This document shows, in pieces, positions 15,834-25,179 of a DNA stretch of 64,000 nt (positions are counted from its first letter, which is position 1; each line of letters begins with the position of its first letter). The stretch lies in assembly GCA_024398995.1 (NCBI GenBank), contig JAKSIE010000009.1:1539-65538 (forward strand), given 5' to 3'. The stretch is from Fibrobacter sp. Lineage in GTDB: Bacteria > Fibrobacterota > Fibrobacteria > Fibrobacterales > Fibrobacteraceae. The notes under the pieces were generated by a model that saw only the letters and a list, made by a program, of their open reading frames with translations, searched no databases and was not told the DNA's origin. The position numbers and the translations under genes were made by a program.

Positions 15834-17192
15834 ATGAATATTGTCGAAAACACCCTTCTTTATGCCGGCGTTGATAACGGTTTCAGAGACATTTCCATCA
15901 CAATCGGTCCCCATTCCAGAAAGAGTGCCGACCTGTTCCGAGGGCGAACTTTCAAGCAGGCCGACGAGGCTTTTGGTGGTACTCCGCCCTTTTCGCCTTT
16001 TACGAAAAAGATTTATGGTCTTAAGTATCTTGTAGAAAAATTCCGCCTGTCTGTCCTTGCCAGGGACTGGTGTGGTTTCTTGAATGGCGAACCCTTGGTG
16101 CTGCCGGAGAATGAGCTGGTAATTCGATCTTTTGGGGAGATTATCCCTAACAGGGAAATGGGCGAGTACGTGATGAACGCTTTCCTTTGCAAGGATAGTG
16201 CCTACCTTAAGTTTGGCAAGCTGGATGATAGCATCGATGTCCATGCCGAGGTGGTGGAGGGCTCTACCAGGGTGAGCTACTTTAGAAAGCAGAAAGTGGA
16301 TCCCAACGGTAAGGTGATGATGCGCTGCAAGTTCGCGCTGAGGATCCAGCTGAAACGCGCTCTGCCCGTTCAGGATATCAGTTACTATGATTCGGTTCCC
16401 TGGAAAGACTTTAATTTGGATACAGGCTTTTATTCCAAGATTAAGGCTGTGTTGGACAATCACGAAAAGTACTTCTACAATCGAGGCGGTAACTACATCA
16501 TCAAAAAGGCCGAGAACGAGGGCGAGTCCAACGGTCGATTTGCCCTGGACCTGGCTTATCAAGGTGAAACGAATTTCTTTAAGTTCTTGAATTACTGGCT
16601 GGTCGTCAATCAGGGTCATCCTTATGCAAAACCCCTGGAAGAGCACCGCGCCATTTTTTCTCGAAGGTTTATGTACGCGTGGTCGTCATCGCCCCAAAAC
16701 GCGTATTATAGCATGGTCTCCATTTTTAGCGAAGAAAAACCTCCCCGCATCATTGACCTGAATAACTGTCTTGCTTTTTTGCAGAATCTTACTGCCAGTA
16801 AGGTCCGTGAATTGTCTGATCCCTTTAGCTCTGGTGTTTTTCGCCGGTTTTACGGGGTTTCTGTTGAATTGCATTTGATCAAGAGTGATCTTTTTGGAGA
16901 CAAGTTTATCGAAGCGAGGGACGCTGCTGTCGAGGCTTTGAAAATGATGATTGGTGTCTACCGAGATACCACACGCTTTATCGATGATAAGTTGGCGGCG
17001 GAGTGGAACTCCTTTACCGAGGGTCATAAGATCCTCATGGCAAACGGTTCCGAAATCCCGGATCTGGACAAGTGCTGTGCAATGAATGTGGCGCAGGCCG
17101 TCAGCGTAGACCCTCAGATGTTCCTTGAGGATAAGGGCGCTGTTGGAAAGTTCGCCAACAATTGCATGCTGGGCGAATTCTACAACGGTTAG
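15834..17192 (+). CDS. Hypothetical cytoplasmic protein (452 aa)
   Basis: Long ORF, GAGG RBS, TTGACA upstream; no recognised motif. Confidence 0.75.
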   Translation: MNIVENTLLYAGVDNGFRDISITIGPHSRKSADLFRGRTFKQADEAFGGTPPFSPFTKKIYGLKYLVEKFRLSVLARDWCGFLNGEPLVLPENELVIRSFGEIIPNREMGEYVMNAFLCKDSAYLKFGKLDDSIDVHAEVVEGSTRVSYFRKQKVDPNGKVMMRCKFALRIQLKRALPVQDISYYDSVPWKDFNLDTGFYSKIKAVLDNHEKYFYNRGGNYIIKKAENEGESNGRFALDLAYQGETNFFKFLNYWLVVNQGHPYAKPLEEHRAIFSRRFMYAWSSSPQNAYYSMVSIFSEEKPPRIIDLNNCLAFLQNLTASKVRELSDPFSSGVFRRFYGVSVELHLIKSDLFGDKFIEARDAAVEALKMMIGVYRDTTRFIDDKLAAEWNSFTEGHKILMANGSEIPDLDKCCAMNVAQAVSVDPQMFLEDKGAVGKFANNCMLGEFYNG

Positions 17193-17194
17193 TT

Positions 17195-18931
17195 TTACAG
17201 GCTAAGTTCGGTAGTTAGGGAGTAGTGGGGTTCGCCTTTGCGGACTCCATTAACCGGTACGCTGATGTTGACCTTGTTGATGAGTCGGCTGATGGACTTT
17301 GTCTGGGCGAAGCGGATACCTGCTCCCAGGACATAGACCAGATCCTTGCGGTTAATGTCCTTGATGTCCCAGGCGGTTTCGCCTACGGAGCCGAATACTG
17401 CGAATACGGGTCTAAGGGTCGCAATTTCGAAGTTGGGGAAATAGCGTTGCTCGAGTACGCCATAGACGCGGGCCTGTCCGGTGTAGAAACCGGGGTCGAA
17501 ACCTGCGAAAGCGTCGCTGCCACCCAGAGAGAGCTGGTGGCCAAGTTTGGCGTTGTCATAAAAGTCCACTAAACCCTTGAGTACGGTAGACCACTGTGCG
17601 GTGGGGTGGAAGATATACTCGCCCTGAACCCTGCTGTAGAAGTCACGCTTTTCGCTATGGTCCAGATAGAAGTGGCTTTCGGACTTCAAGGTGACATGGT
17701 GGATGTTGCGGCCCAGGTAAAGGTTGGCCCAGAGGTCGATGCGAATGTCGTTGTTGTCTGCGCCGATCTGTTCGATGTTCTTGGACACCTGTGCCTTGAG
17801 GGAGTAACCCTTTTCTACATCTTCGGTCCACTTGACGTTGTGGAGGTTCTTTTCCTTGACATAGTAGAGGTTGGAGAGCATCAGGTAGAAACCCAGACGG
17901 GAATCCATCTTTTGGGGAACCCAGTCGTTCCAGGCGCTTGCGGAGTCGATGGCGTAGGCTTGATTGTTTGAATTGAATATGTAACGGACGAGGCTATCGC
18001 TGTTGGCTTCCTGGAAATGGTAGTCGTAGGTTGCGCCGATGTAGAACTTGCGAAGGGTGCCGCCAAAGGATCTGCTGATGCGCAGGCTAAGGGAGTCTTC
18101 GTTGAAGTCCTTTGCTTTCATGAGGGTGACCGTTTCCTTGCCATTGTACTTGGCCAGGGAATCCAGACTCTTTGTTGTTTCGTAGGGTGCTGCTCCTTGG
18201 GGGAGGTCGCCACTACCGAACATGTAGATAGTACGTCTGTTCTTGAGGCCTTCCAGGGTGTATGCCCACTGGTTTTGGCTACGGCTCAGGAAAGGAACCT
18301 TCATTTGCCAGCTAGCCATGTAACCATCGGTATTGTAGCTGTAGTTCAGGTCCAATTGGTTGTAACGGAACAGGAAATGGGGTGCGCTATAGTCCACAGA
18401 CCATGTGTCGCGGAAATAGGTGTGCATAAAGTAGAAGCCAAGCATTTGCCCCAGACCAAGGAAATTGCTTTCCTGGATGCCAAGGCTCCAGTTTAGATTC
18501 TTGTAGGCCCATTTCTTGCCGCCAAATCCGATTCCTGCCGGAATGGCCAGAGTCCAGTTGTCGCTGGTCTTGACGTTGGCGATGTTCTTGCCGTCGATTT
18601 CATCGATGGAAATTTTTGCGTCAGAAAGATATTTCTGGGTGCGGAGGAAACGCTCGGATTCCTGGATGATGGTATCACTTACCACGCTTCCTTCGTTGAA
18701 GAGGAGAAGCTTTCGGATGGTGGCTTCGCGGGTCTCGATATGAACCACGTTAAGAAGGTCATAGACCAGCTTGTCGTACTTGCTGTGGTATTTGGAGTCG
18801 TCGAAGGCGTCGCCAATATCGTAAGCTATGGAATCAATGACGAAAGTACCCGTGTGCTTATGGGTTGAGTCGGCTTGCGCAAAGGCTAATCCAGCAAAGG
18901 CGATCAATGTGGCAATAAAGATATGTCGCAT
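17195..18931 (-). CDS. Omp85/BamA-TamA-like outer membrane protein
   Basis: Signal peptide; POTRA-like TREATIRKLLLFNEG...ESERFLRTQKYLSDA; ESNFLGLGQ; C-terminal barrel strands. Confidence 0.75.
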   Translation of the reverse strand: MRHIFIATLIAFAGLAFAQADSTHKHTGTFVIDSIAYDIGDAFDDSKYHSKYDKLVYDLLNVVHIETREATIRKLLLFNEGSVVSDTIIQESERFLRTQKYLSDAKISIDEIDGKNIANVKTSDNWTLAIPAGIGFGGKKWAYKNLNWSLGIQESNFLGLGQMLGFYFMHTYFRDTWSVDYSAPHFLFRYNQLDLNYSYNTDGYMASWQMKVPFLSRSQNQWAYTLEGLKNRRTIYMFGSGDLPQGAAPYETTKSLDSLAKYNGKETVTLMKAKDFNEDSLSLRISRSFGGTLRKFYIGATYDYHFQEANSDSLVRYIFNSNNQAYAIDSASAWNDWVPQKMDSRLGFYLMLSNLYYVKEKNLHNVKWTEDVEKGYSLKAQVSKNIEQIGADNNDIRIDLWANLYLGRNIHHVTLKSESHFYLDHSEKRDFYSRVQGEYIFHPTAQWSTVLKGLVDFYDNAKLGHQLSLGGSDAFAGFDPGFYTGQARVYGVLEQRYFPNFEIATLRPVFAVFGSVGETAWDIKDINRKDLVYVLGAGIRFAQTKSISRLINKVNISVPVNGVRKGEPHYSLTTELSL

Positions 18932-19049
18932 AAAGTAATCCTAACTTGGGTGCAATATAGAAAAATGGGTGTGCAGAGAGTAGCGTGGGAGTGTGGCCGG
19001 CGTCGTTGGCGGGATTGAAACCTGCGAGGGTTGTTTCTATATTTGGGGC

Positions 19050-19440
19050 GGGCAGCGGATGGCCGCCGGCGAGAAGCAATTCAGACTGGAGGAAAGTCCG
19101 GGCACCACAGGGCAGGATGCTGGATAACGTCCAGGCGCGGAAACGCGATAGAAAGTGCAACAGAAATTATACCGCCTGCGCAAGCAGGTAAGGGTGAAAT
19201 GGCGAGGTAAGAGCTCACCGCATTCCTGGTGACAGGGGTGGCAATGTAAACCTCATCCGGTGCAAGACCAAGCAGGAATCCGCTGGGGGCAACTCCGGCC
19301 AGGTGCGGCTCGTGCCTGTTGGATATCCGGGTAGGTCGCTTGAGGCGGCTGGTAACAGTTCGTCCAGAGAGATGGTCATCGCCTAGTACACAGTCCTTAG
19401 GGCGTATGGTACAGGTACAAAACCCGGCTTATAACTGCCC
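19050..19440 (+). ncRNA. rnpB: RNase P RNA (class A)
   Basis: GAGGAAAGTCCGGGC, AGTGCAACAGAAA, GGGTGAAA-GG-GAGGTAAGAGCTCACC and ACAAAACCCGGCTTATA conserved blocks; P1 ends GGGCAG/CTGCCC. Confidence 0.95.
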
Positions 19441-19503
19441 GATTGTGGAGCTCCCGGCCAATAAAGGCTGGGGGCTCTTTCTTTTTTTCTAAATTGGAAG
19501 TCA

Positions 19504-19806
19504 ATGGATAAGAATAAGATCAAGAACATTGTTTTGCGAGTTGAAATCATCATCGGCGTACTTGCCGTGGTTCTCGGCTTGGGTTCCACGATTTACGTTT
19601 GGAACGAAGGTTATTTTGTGGGAACCTTGATGATGGTGGTAACAGGCATGATCAGCGTGTTCCTAGGTGTTAAGGAGTTGATTGCCCCGGTGGACAATAT
19701 GCTGCAGTGGTTGCCGCTGTTCTTTATTATTATCCGTCGCACATTCTTCTTTTTGAATCTTGTGCTGTGTGCCTTTGTGGTTGGCACTTTTACGAACTTG
19801 CTTTAA
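19504..19806 (+). CDS. Small hypothetical membrane protein
   Basis: 100-aa ORF with about three hydrophobic segments. Confidence 0.7.
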   Translation: MDKNKIKNIVLRVEIIIGVLAVVLGLGSTIYVWNEGYFVGTLMMVVTGMISVFLGVKELIAPVDNMLQWLPLFFIIIRRTFFFLNLVLCAFVVGTFTNLL

Positions 19807-19831
19807 AATTGCGCATGGGAATGCGCGGATT

Positions 19832-21916
19832 TTAGTGGACGCCGTCTTCGTTGGCGGATTGCTTTTCGCTGTACCAGAGCTGAATTTTTTCACGGGCGTA
19901 TTCATCGAAGGCGCTTCTGTCGTTTAAAATATTCTCTGCCATTTGCAAGGTTTCTGCAATGAGTTCCTGGTCGTGAATCCAGTCGAACCAGCGGAACACC
20001 CAGCTGCCGCTTTGCTCGTTGCCTTCCAGGTTGCCTGCCCCGCGGGTTTGCAAATCCAGTTCGGCGATTTCGAAACCGTCGTCGGTATGGGAGAACTGGG
20101 TGAGGCGTTCTTCGGAGGTGGCGGCGGCTTCGCCTTCCGGAAGCATTAGGAAACACCAAGCCTGAACATCACCACGGCCTACGCGGCCTCGTAGCTGATG
20201 GAGCTGGGCCAACCCGAAGCGATCCGGGGAATCGATGGCCATGACGTTTGCTTCTGGCACGTTGACGCCGACTTCGATAACGGTGGTGGCCACAAGAATA
20301 TGGACTTCGCCTTTGGAAAAACGCTTGAGGATTTCGTCTCGGGTGGATTCGTCCATCTGGCCGTGGATTCCTTCAACTACAACAGAGGAATCAAAAGCTC
20401 GAAGCTCGTTAACCACGTCATCCACGCTTTTGGCGGGAGCGCGAGAACCTTCACCAGGGCCTGCGTCGAATTCGTCGCTATCGTCAGCGTTGACGCGGCT
20501 GACGATCCAGTAACAGAGATTGCCACCTTTAGCTTCGTTTACGATAAAGCGCTTCATGTCGTTGCGCTTTTCGGGCGGGACAAGACGGGTCTTGATGGGC
20601 TTACGTCCTGCGGGCTTTTCCTTGATAGAAATAACCTTCAGGTCGCCGTATAAAGTCATTGCCAAACTGCGGGGGATAGGCGTTGCGCTCATGACAAGCA
20701 TATCGGGATATTCTCCCTTGGCCAGTAGGGCTTCGCGCTGGTTTACACCAAAGCGGTGTTGTTCATCGATAATGACAAAACCCAGTTTTGCAAAAGCCAC
20801 ATCCTTGGAGAACAGGGCGTGGGTTCCAATGACGGCCTGGCAAAGGCCCATTTGCAATTCCCCAAGAATCTGGCGACGTTCTGCGGCAGTGGTGGCGCCT
20901 ACTAAAAGTTGCACGCGCATTCCTGCGGCTTCAAAGAACGGCTTAATTTGCTTGTAATGCTGGCGCGCCAGAATGTCGGTTGGCACCATCAGGGCGCTTT
21001 GTTCGCCAGCACCGCAAACAGCAAGCATAGCGAGCATTGCCACAACGGTTTTACCGCAGCCTACGTCACCCTGGAGCAACGCATGGAACTGCTTTTTACC
21101 GTTGAGCCCGTCTACGATTTGATTTAACGCCACTTCCTGCCCGTCGGTGAGAGCGAAAGGCAGCCTTGCGCGGGCATTCATCACCTGGCCCAGATCCACC
21201 TGGCGTTCATGCCCGCGGAGCATCTGGTTTTGCCTGCGATGAACCATGCGCAAACAGAAGGGAAGAAGTTCCAAAATTTTCAGCTGGAACTTTGCCTTGC
21301 GAATGGAGTCGAAATTTTGCGGCAGGTGGAGCGCCTGTAGGTTCTTTACCACAGGAGCAAAATGCAAGTAGTCCGTAAGCGCGTTAGGACAAACATTCCC
21401 TAGGGTCAACGCCGGAAAGTTAAAGACGACTCGGTACCAGTTCCGCAGGGACTTTTGGGTAATGCGGCTCTTGGCCATGGCATCCGTCATAGAATAGACG
21501 GGCAGAATCTGGCCATTGAACTTGTCTTCTTCGTCAAAGGGCTGCATGTCCGGATGGGTCATCTGGAAACCGCGGTATTCGCCTACAACGCCGGAAACAA
21601 GCCAGCTTGAGCCAGGCTGCACGCGCCTGCTATGGTACTGGGCACCCTTGAAGAACGTCAGGGAAATTTCGCCGGTACCGTCGGTGAGGGTGGCTACAAA
21701 GCGACTGCTCCTTCCGCGGATAATTCCTGCCCTGGAAATCTTACCGATAAGCACAACGCGGTCGCCTACGTGCAAGTTTCCGATTTGACTGACCTTGGTC
21801 TGGTCCAGGTAGGTGCGAGGAATGTTGTAGAGAAAATCTGTAAGGGACAAAATGCCTGCGCTTCGTAACGCTTCCAGGCTTTTAGGCCCCATCTTGGGCA
21901 AGTTGGAAAGATCCAT
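19832..21916 (-). CDS. recG: ATP-dependent DNA helicase RecG
   Basis: LLQGDVGCGKT, IIDEQHRFGVNQR, MSATPIPRSL, RFGLAQLHQLRGRVGRG, DGFEIAELDL. Confidence 0.97.
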   Translation of the reverse strand: MDLSNLPKMGPKSLEALRSAGILSLTDFLYNIPRTYLDQTKVSQIGNLHVGDRVVLIGKISRAGIIRGRSSRFVATLTDGTGEISLTFFKGAQYHSRRVQPGSSWLVSGVVGEYRGFQMTHPDMQPFDEEDKFNGQILPVYSMTDAMAKSRITQKSLRNWYRVVFNFPALTLGNVCPNALTDYLHFAPVVKNLQALHLPQNFDSIRKAKFQLKILELLPFCLRMVHRRQNQMLRGHERQVDLGQVMNARARLPFALTDGQEVALNQIVDGLNGKKQFHALLQGDVGCGKTVVAMLAMLAVCGAGEQSALMVPTDILARQHYKQIKPFFEAAGMRVQLLVGATTAAERRQILGELQMGLCQAVIGTHALFSKDVAFAKLGFVIIDEQHRFGVNQREALLAKGEYPDMLVMSATPIPRSLAMTLYGDLKVISIKEKPAGRKPIKTRLVPPEKRNDMKRFIVNEAKGGNLCYWIVSRVNADDSDEFDAGPGEGSRAPAKSVDDVVNELRAFDSSVVVEGIHGQMDESTRDEILKRFSKGEVHILVATTVIEVGVNVPEANVMAIDSPDRFGLAQLHQLRGRVGRGDVQAWCFLMLPEGEAAATSEERLTQFSHTDDGFEIAELDLQTRGAGNLEGNEQSGSWVFRWFDWIHDQELIAETLQMAENILNDRSAFDEYAREKIQLWYSEKQSANEDGVH

Positions 21917-21919
21917 GGC

Positions 21920-22918
21920 TTAGTCCAGACTTTCGCCCTTTGCGGCTCTTTCTGCGGCCTTTTCGCGAGCAGTCTTGCCGATAATGTTCATGTTGCGGAA
22001 GTGGATCAGCTTAACCGGCTTGCCCGTACTGTCGTAGACGGTAAGACCCTTGGTGTTTATGGCCTGTACCAGTTCGCTGAACTTGGTAACCATCTCGTTA
22101 GTCTTTTCGATGACTTCGGTAGAGTTCAAAAGCTTGTCAATGTTCGGATTGCCTTCGATGCTTGCAATCAGGTCGTTTGCCTTTTGCACATTGACAGAAA
22201 CCGTCTTGAGGGCGTCTTCGGTTTGGGCCAGTTTTTCGTTAATTACCTTGGTTGCGGTCTTGATGGTGGTGTCGGCCTGGTTGGTGACGTCCATCAGAAC
22301 CTTAGTCGTGCTATCCACGTTGTTGAAAATCTTGTTGACCGTGGGCTGCAAGGAGGCCACCATCTTTTCGGTGTTCTGCATGGTGACTTCTACAGTCTGG
22401 AGAACATCCTCGAAAATCTTTTGGATAGAAGCGTGTGAAGAATCCCCTTCGGTAAGCGTATGCACCATGTCGCGGACCATGGCGAGCTGCTCGTTTACGC
22501 CTTCGATAAGGCGAAGTGCTTCGGCAATACCCGGTTCAAATATGCCCGTGTGAACATAGTCGTCGGGAAGAACCTTGCCGGTTTTGGAAGGGAAGATTTC
22601 TAGACGGCGCTGCCCCATGAGGGCGTAGTTTACATCGTAAATCTGGGTACCTTCGCGGATAATGATGGGTTCGGTAAACTTGATCTGGACTCGGGCGCGG
22701 TCGCCAAGCCAGGTGATATCACCGACAACACCAACGGTGTAACCCTTGACCACAACAACGTCTTCGGGTTGCAAAGTACCAAGTTCGTCGAATTCCACGT
22801 AGATGCATTTGGCTTCTTCGTGGTGGGCGTCGTACATGCCGATAGCCACTCCTGCGAAAATCAGCAGAAGTGCAAGAAGGGTGAGGTACCCTATGGTTCT
22901 ATCGGAAAGTTTCATCAT
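21920..22918 (-). CDS. MlaD/MCE-family protein
   Basis: N-terminal TM anchor, MCE-like GTLQPEDVVVVKGYTVGVV...ALMGQRRLEI, helical C-terminus. Confidence 0.8.
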   Translation of the reverse strand: MMKLSDRTIGYLTLLALLLIFAGVAIGMYDAHHEEAKCIYVEFDELGTLQPEDVVVVKGYTVGVVGDITWLGDRARVQIKFTEPIIIREGTQIYDVNYALMGQRRLEIFPSKTGKVLPDDYVHTGIFEPGIAEALRLIEGVNEQLAMVRDMVHTLTEGDSSHASIQKIFEDVLQTVEVTMQNTEKMVASLQPTVNKIFNNVDSTTKVLMDVTNQADTTIKTATKVINEKLAQTEDALKTVSVNVQKANDLIASIEGNPNIDKLLNSTEVIEKTNEMVTKFSELVQAINTKGLTVYDSTGKPVKLIHFRNMNIIGKTAREKAAERAAKGESLD

Positions 22919-22946
22919 TCCTAATATAGTAAAGAGAAAAATCGAT

Positions 22947-24239
22947 TTATGGGAACTGGCCTAGGTTTTTACCTAGAACGTGTTCTACTTCGGCCTGGTC
23001 CGTGATTTGCCGATCCAGAAGCATTTGGGCACAGTCCCGAAGGCTACCGCATACGAAGGTGCCGTCGGGCTTGAGAATTTCTGTGATGGCGGTACGCCCC
23101 TTGTAGCGGTCGTTGCAATTGTCTAAATCGGAACGTTCTCCGTTGCATAGGTCGCCGCGTGTCTTGCGGACAAGACGCTGGGCCATGACGCCTAGTAATG
23201 TTTCTTTTAGGGCGGTTTCGCCAACGCCTAGGTCCAGAAGTCTGGTTCGCGCCGCCCTGGAACTGTTCGTGTGGAGGGTGGAAAGAACCAAATGCCCCGT
23301 TTGGGCGGCGCGTATGGCGATCTTCGCAGTTTCCTGGTCGCGGATTTCCCCGACGAAAATGACGTCGGGATCCTGACGGAGAATGCTGCGCAATGCTTCC
23401 GCAAAGCTAAAACCGCATTTTTCGTTGACCTGCACTTGGTTTACGCCTTGAAGTACATATTCTACGGGGTCTTCGACGGTCGTAATGTTGATTTTCTTTT
23501 TAGCGATTTCCTGAAGGCCGGCGTGGAGGGTTGTGGTCTTGCCGCTTCCGGTGGGGCCTGTCACCAGGAACAGTCCCTGGGGGGTGTCGAAGACTTGCCT
23601 CAGGAAAGATTCTTCGGCGGGTGGCAGGTGCAGCTGGCTGATTCCCCTAATTGCGTTTCTTGCAGGACTGGAGACCTGGGGCAGCAATCGCAAAACACAT
23701 TTTTCTAAGGATGCTCCTTGACTTTGAATGGGAATAGTGCTGAGTCTCACGTTGGCCTTGTGCTTGATTCCGCAGTAGGTAAAGCTTCCGTCATGTGGCA
23801 TTCGTTTATCTGTAATATCGACTTCCGCAAGGATTTTCAAGCGGACAAGCACTGAATCGCTAATCCAGTGGGGAAGTGTCCTGAAGTCGTTCAAAAGACC
23901 GTCCTGACGAAGCCTAATCCGCAGGGAGGTTTCGTCGGGCTCAATATGGATGTCCGTAGCCTCCTTCTCCAACGCATCTTCCAGCAAACTGTCCACAAGA
24001 TTGATGACTGGCTCCGATTCCCAGGAGTTTTCAGAATAATGGATCTTATTCAAAACCTCCACGTCAAAAGGCTTTTGCTGGCAAGCGAGCAGACTCCGGA
24101 TTTCTGCCTCGTTTTTTTTGATGGGCTCAATCCGTTTGTTTGACGTAAGGCGAAATCTTTCTAGCAACAATTCGTTGTGAGTCTCGTTGACGGCTACGGT
24201 GCAGTGTTTTTCGTTTTTTTGGATAATGGCGGCTTTCAT
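22947..24239 (-). CDS. GspE/PilB-family secretion ATPase
   Basis: ATDIHIEP, GPTGSGKTTTL, TVEDPVEY, LRQDPDVIFVGEIRD, TGHLVLSTLHTN. Confidence 0.92.
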   Translation of the reverse strand: MKAAIIQKNEKHCTVAVNETHNELLLERFRLTSNKRIEPIKKNEAEIRSLLACQQKPFDVEVLNKIHYSENSWESEPVINLVDSLLEDALEKEATDIHIEPDETSLRIRLRQDGLLNDFRTLPHWISDSVLVRLKILAEVDITDKRMPHDGSFTYCGIKHKANVRLSTIPIQSQGASLEKCVLRLLPQVSSPARNAIRGISQLHLPPAEESFLRQVFDTPQGLFLVTGPTGSGKTTTLHAGLQEIAKKKINITTVEDPVEYVLQGVNQVQVNEKCGFSFAEALRSILRQDPDVIFVGEIRDQETAKIAIRAAQTGHLVLSTLHTNSSRAARTRLLDLGVGETALKETLLGVMAQRLVRKTRGDLCNGERSDLDNCNDRYKGRTAITEILKPDGTFVCGSLRDCAQMLLDRQITDQAEVEHVLGKNLGQFP

Positions 24240-24364
24240 GCCACCAAACTACAAATGCTCTTGTCGTTAGGGTGTCAACAATTGTTTGCAAAATGCAAAA
24301 CTTTTTTTCTGTTGTTTACGTTTTGTCTAAATTTGCGCCATTCATTTAATACAAGGAGGACAAA

Positions 24365-25081
24365 GTGTCTAAATTCTTAACATCTCTCGCCCTGTCTGCC
24401 TGCCTGGCATCTTTTGCCTTTGCCCAGGAAGACGATGGTTATAACTCTTACTCTTCTGAAGAAGAAGCTCCCTCAGAAGAATCCCCTGCCGTTGAGGAAT
24501 CCGCTGCTGAAGAAGACAACGATTCCTACAATGACGCAGCACCCATGAAATCTTCTGCTGTTGATGAGGAAGAAGGAAATTCTTCTGATGATAAGACTCT
24601 GTACATCGGCGTTCATCCTGCAATGGCCCTTATCGGACCTTTGACTGGAAACCCGAACCTGTATGTAACGGTGGAATATCCCTTTGCAAAGAAGATGTCC
24701 ATTGTTGCCCGTCCTTATATTTCTGGTTTGACTCTTAAGTATGACGGTGATGAGTACACTGGTTCTGAATTCGGTCTCCAGCTTGGTGCCCGTTGGTACT
24801 TTAAGCCGGAACATCGTGGCTTCTATATCGACGCTCTTGCAATTTATGACCATGCAAGCTTGTCTGATGATTATCATTCTGCTACTGCAAACTTGATTGA
24901 AGTCGCTGGTATGGCTGGTTGGAAGAAGGTTTCCGGTGCCTTTGTCTTTGGCGTGGATGCTGGTATGGGCATCAAGATTCCTGTCATCAGTGGTGATGAA
25001 GGTGCTGCTGACGCTTTGGAAGCTGCGACTAGTTCTGTTTTGTTCTATGACGTGAACCTGTACATCGGTTTCTGCTTTTAG
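24365..25081 (+). CDS. Small outer-membrane beta-barrel protein with acidic N-terminal linker
   Basis: GTG start after AGGAGG; signal peptide; amphipathic strands ending in aromatic F (LYIGFCF). Confidence 0.75.
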   Translation: MSKFLTSLALSACLASFAFAQEDDGYNSYSSEEEAPSEESPAVEESAAEEDNDSYNDAAPMKSSAVDEEEGNSSDDKTLYIGVHPAMALIGPLTGNPNLYVTVEYPFAKKMSIVARPYISGLTLKYDGDEYTGSEFGLQLGARWYFKPEHRGFYIDALAIYDHASLSDDYHSATANLIEVAGMAGWKKVSGAFVFGVDAGMGIKIPVISGDEGAADALEAATSSVLFYDVNLYIGFCF

Positions 25082-25105
25082 TTCTTAAATCAAAACATTT
25101 GGCAT

Positions 25106-25139
25106 AAAAAGAAAGCCCGCACAGATGTGCGGGCTTTTT
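25106..25139. terminator. Bidirectional terminator
   Basis: AAAGCCCGCACA-GA-TGTGCGGGCTTTTT between convergent genes. Confidence 0.8.
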
Positions 25140-25179
25140 ACTCTATTGTCTAAACTTTACCACCGGGGTGGCTTGACCG

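Noticed and set aside
19008-19030. T-arm-like GCGGGATTGAAACCTGC upstream of rnpB
   Set aside because: No cloverleaf can be built on either strand.
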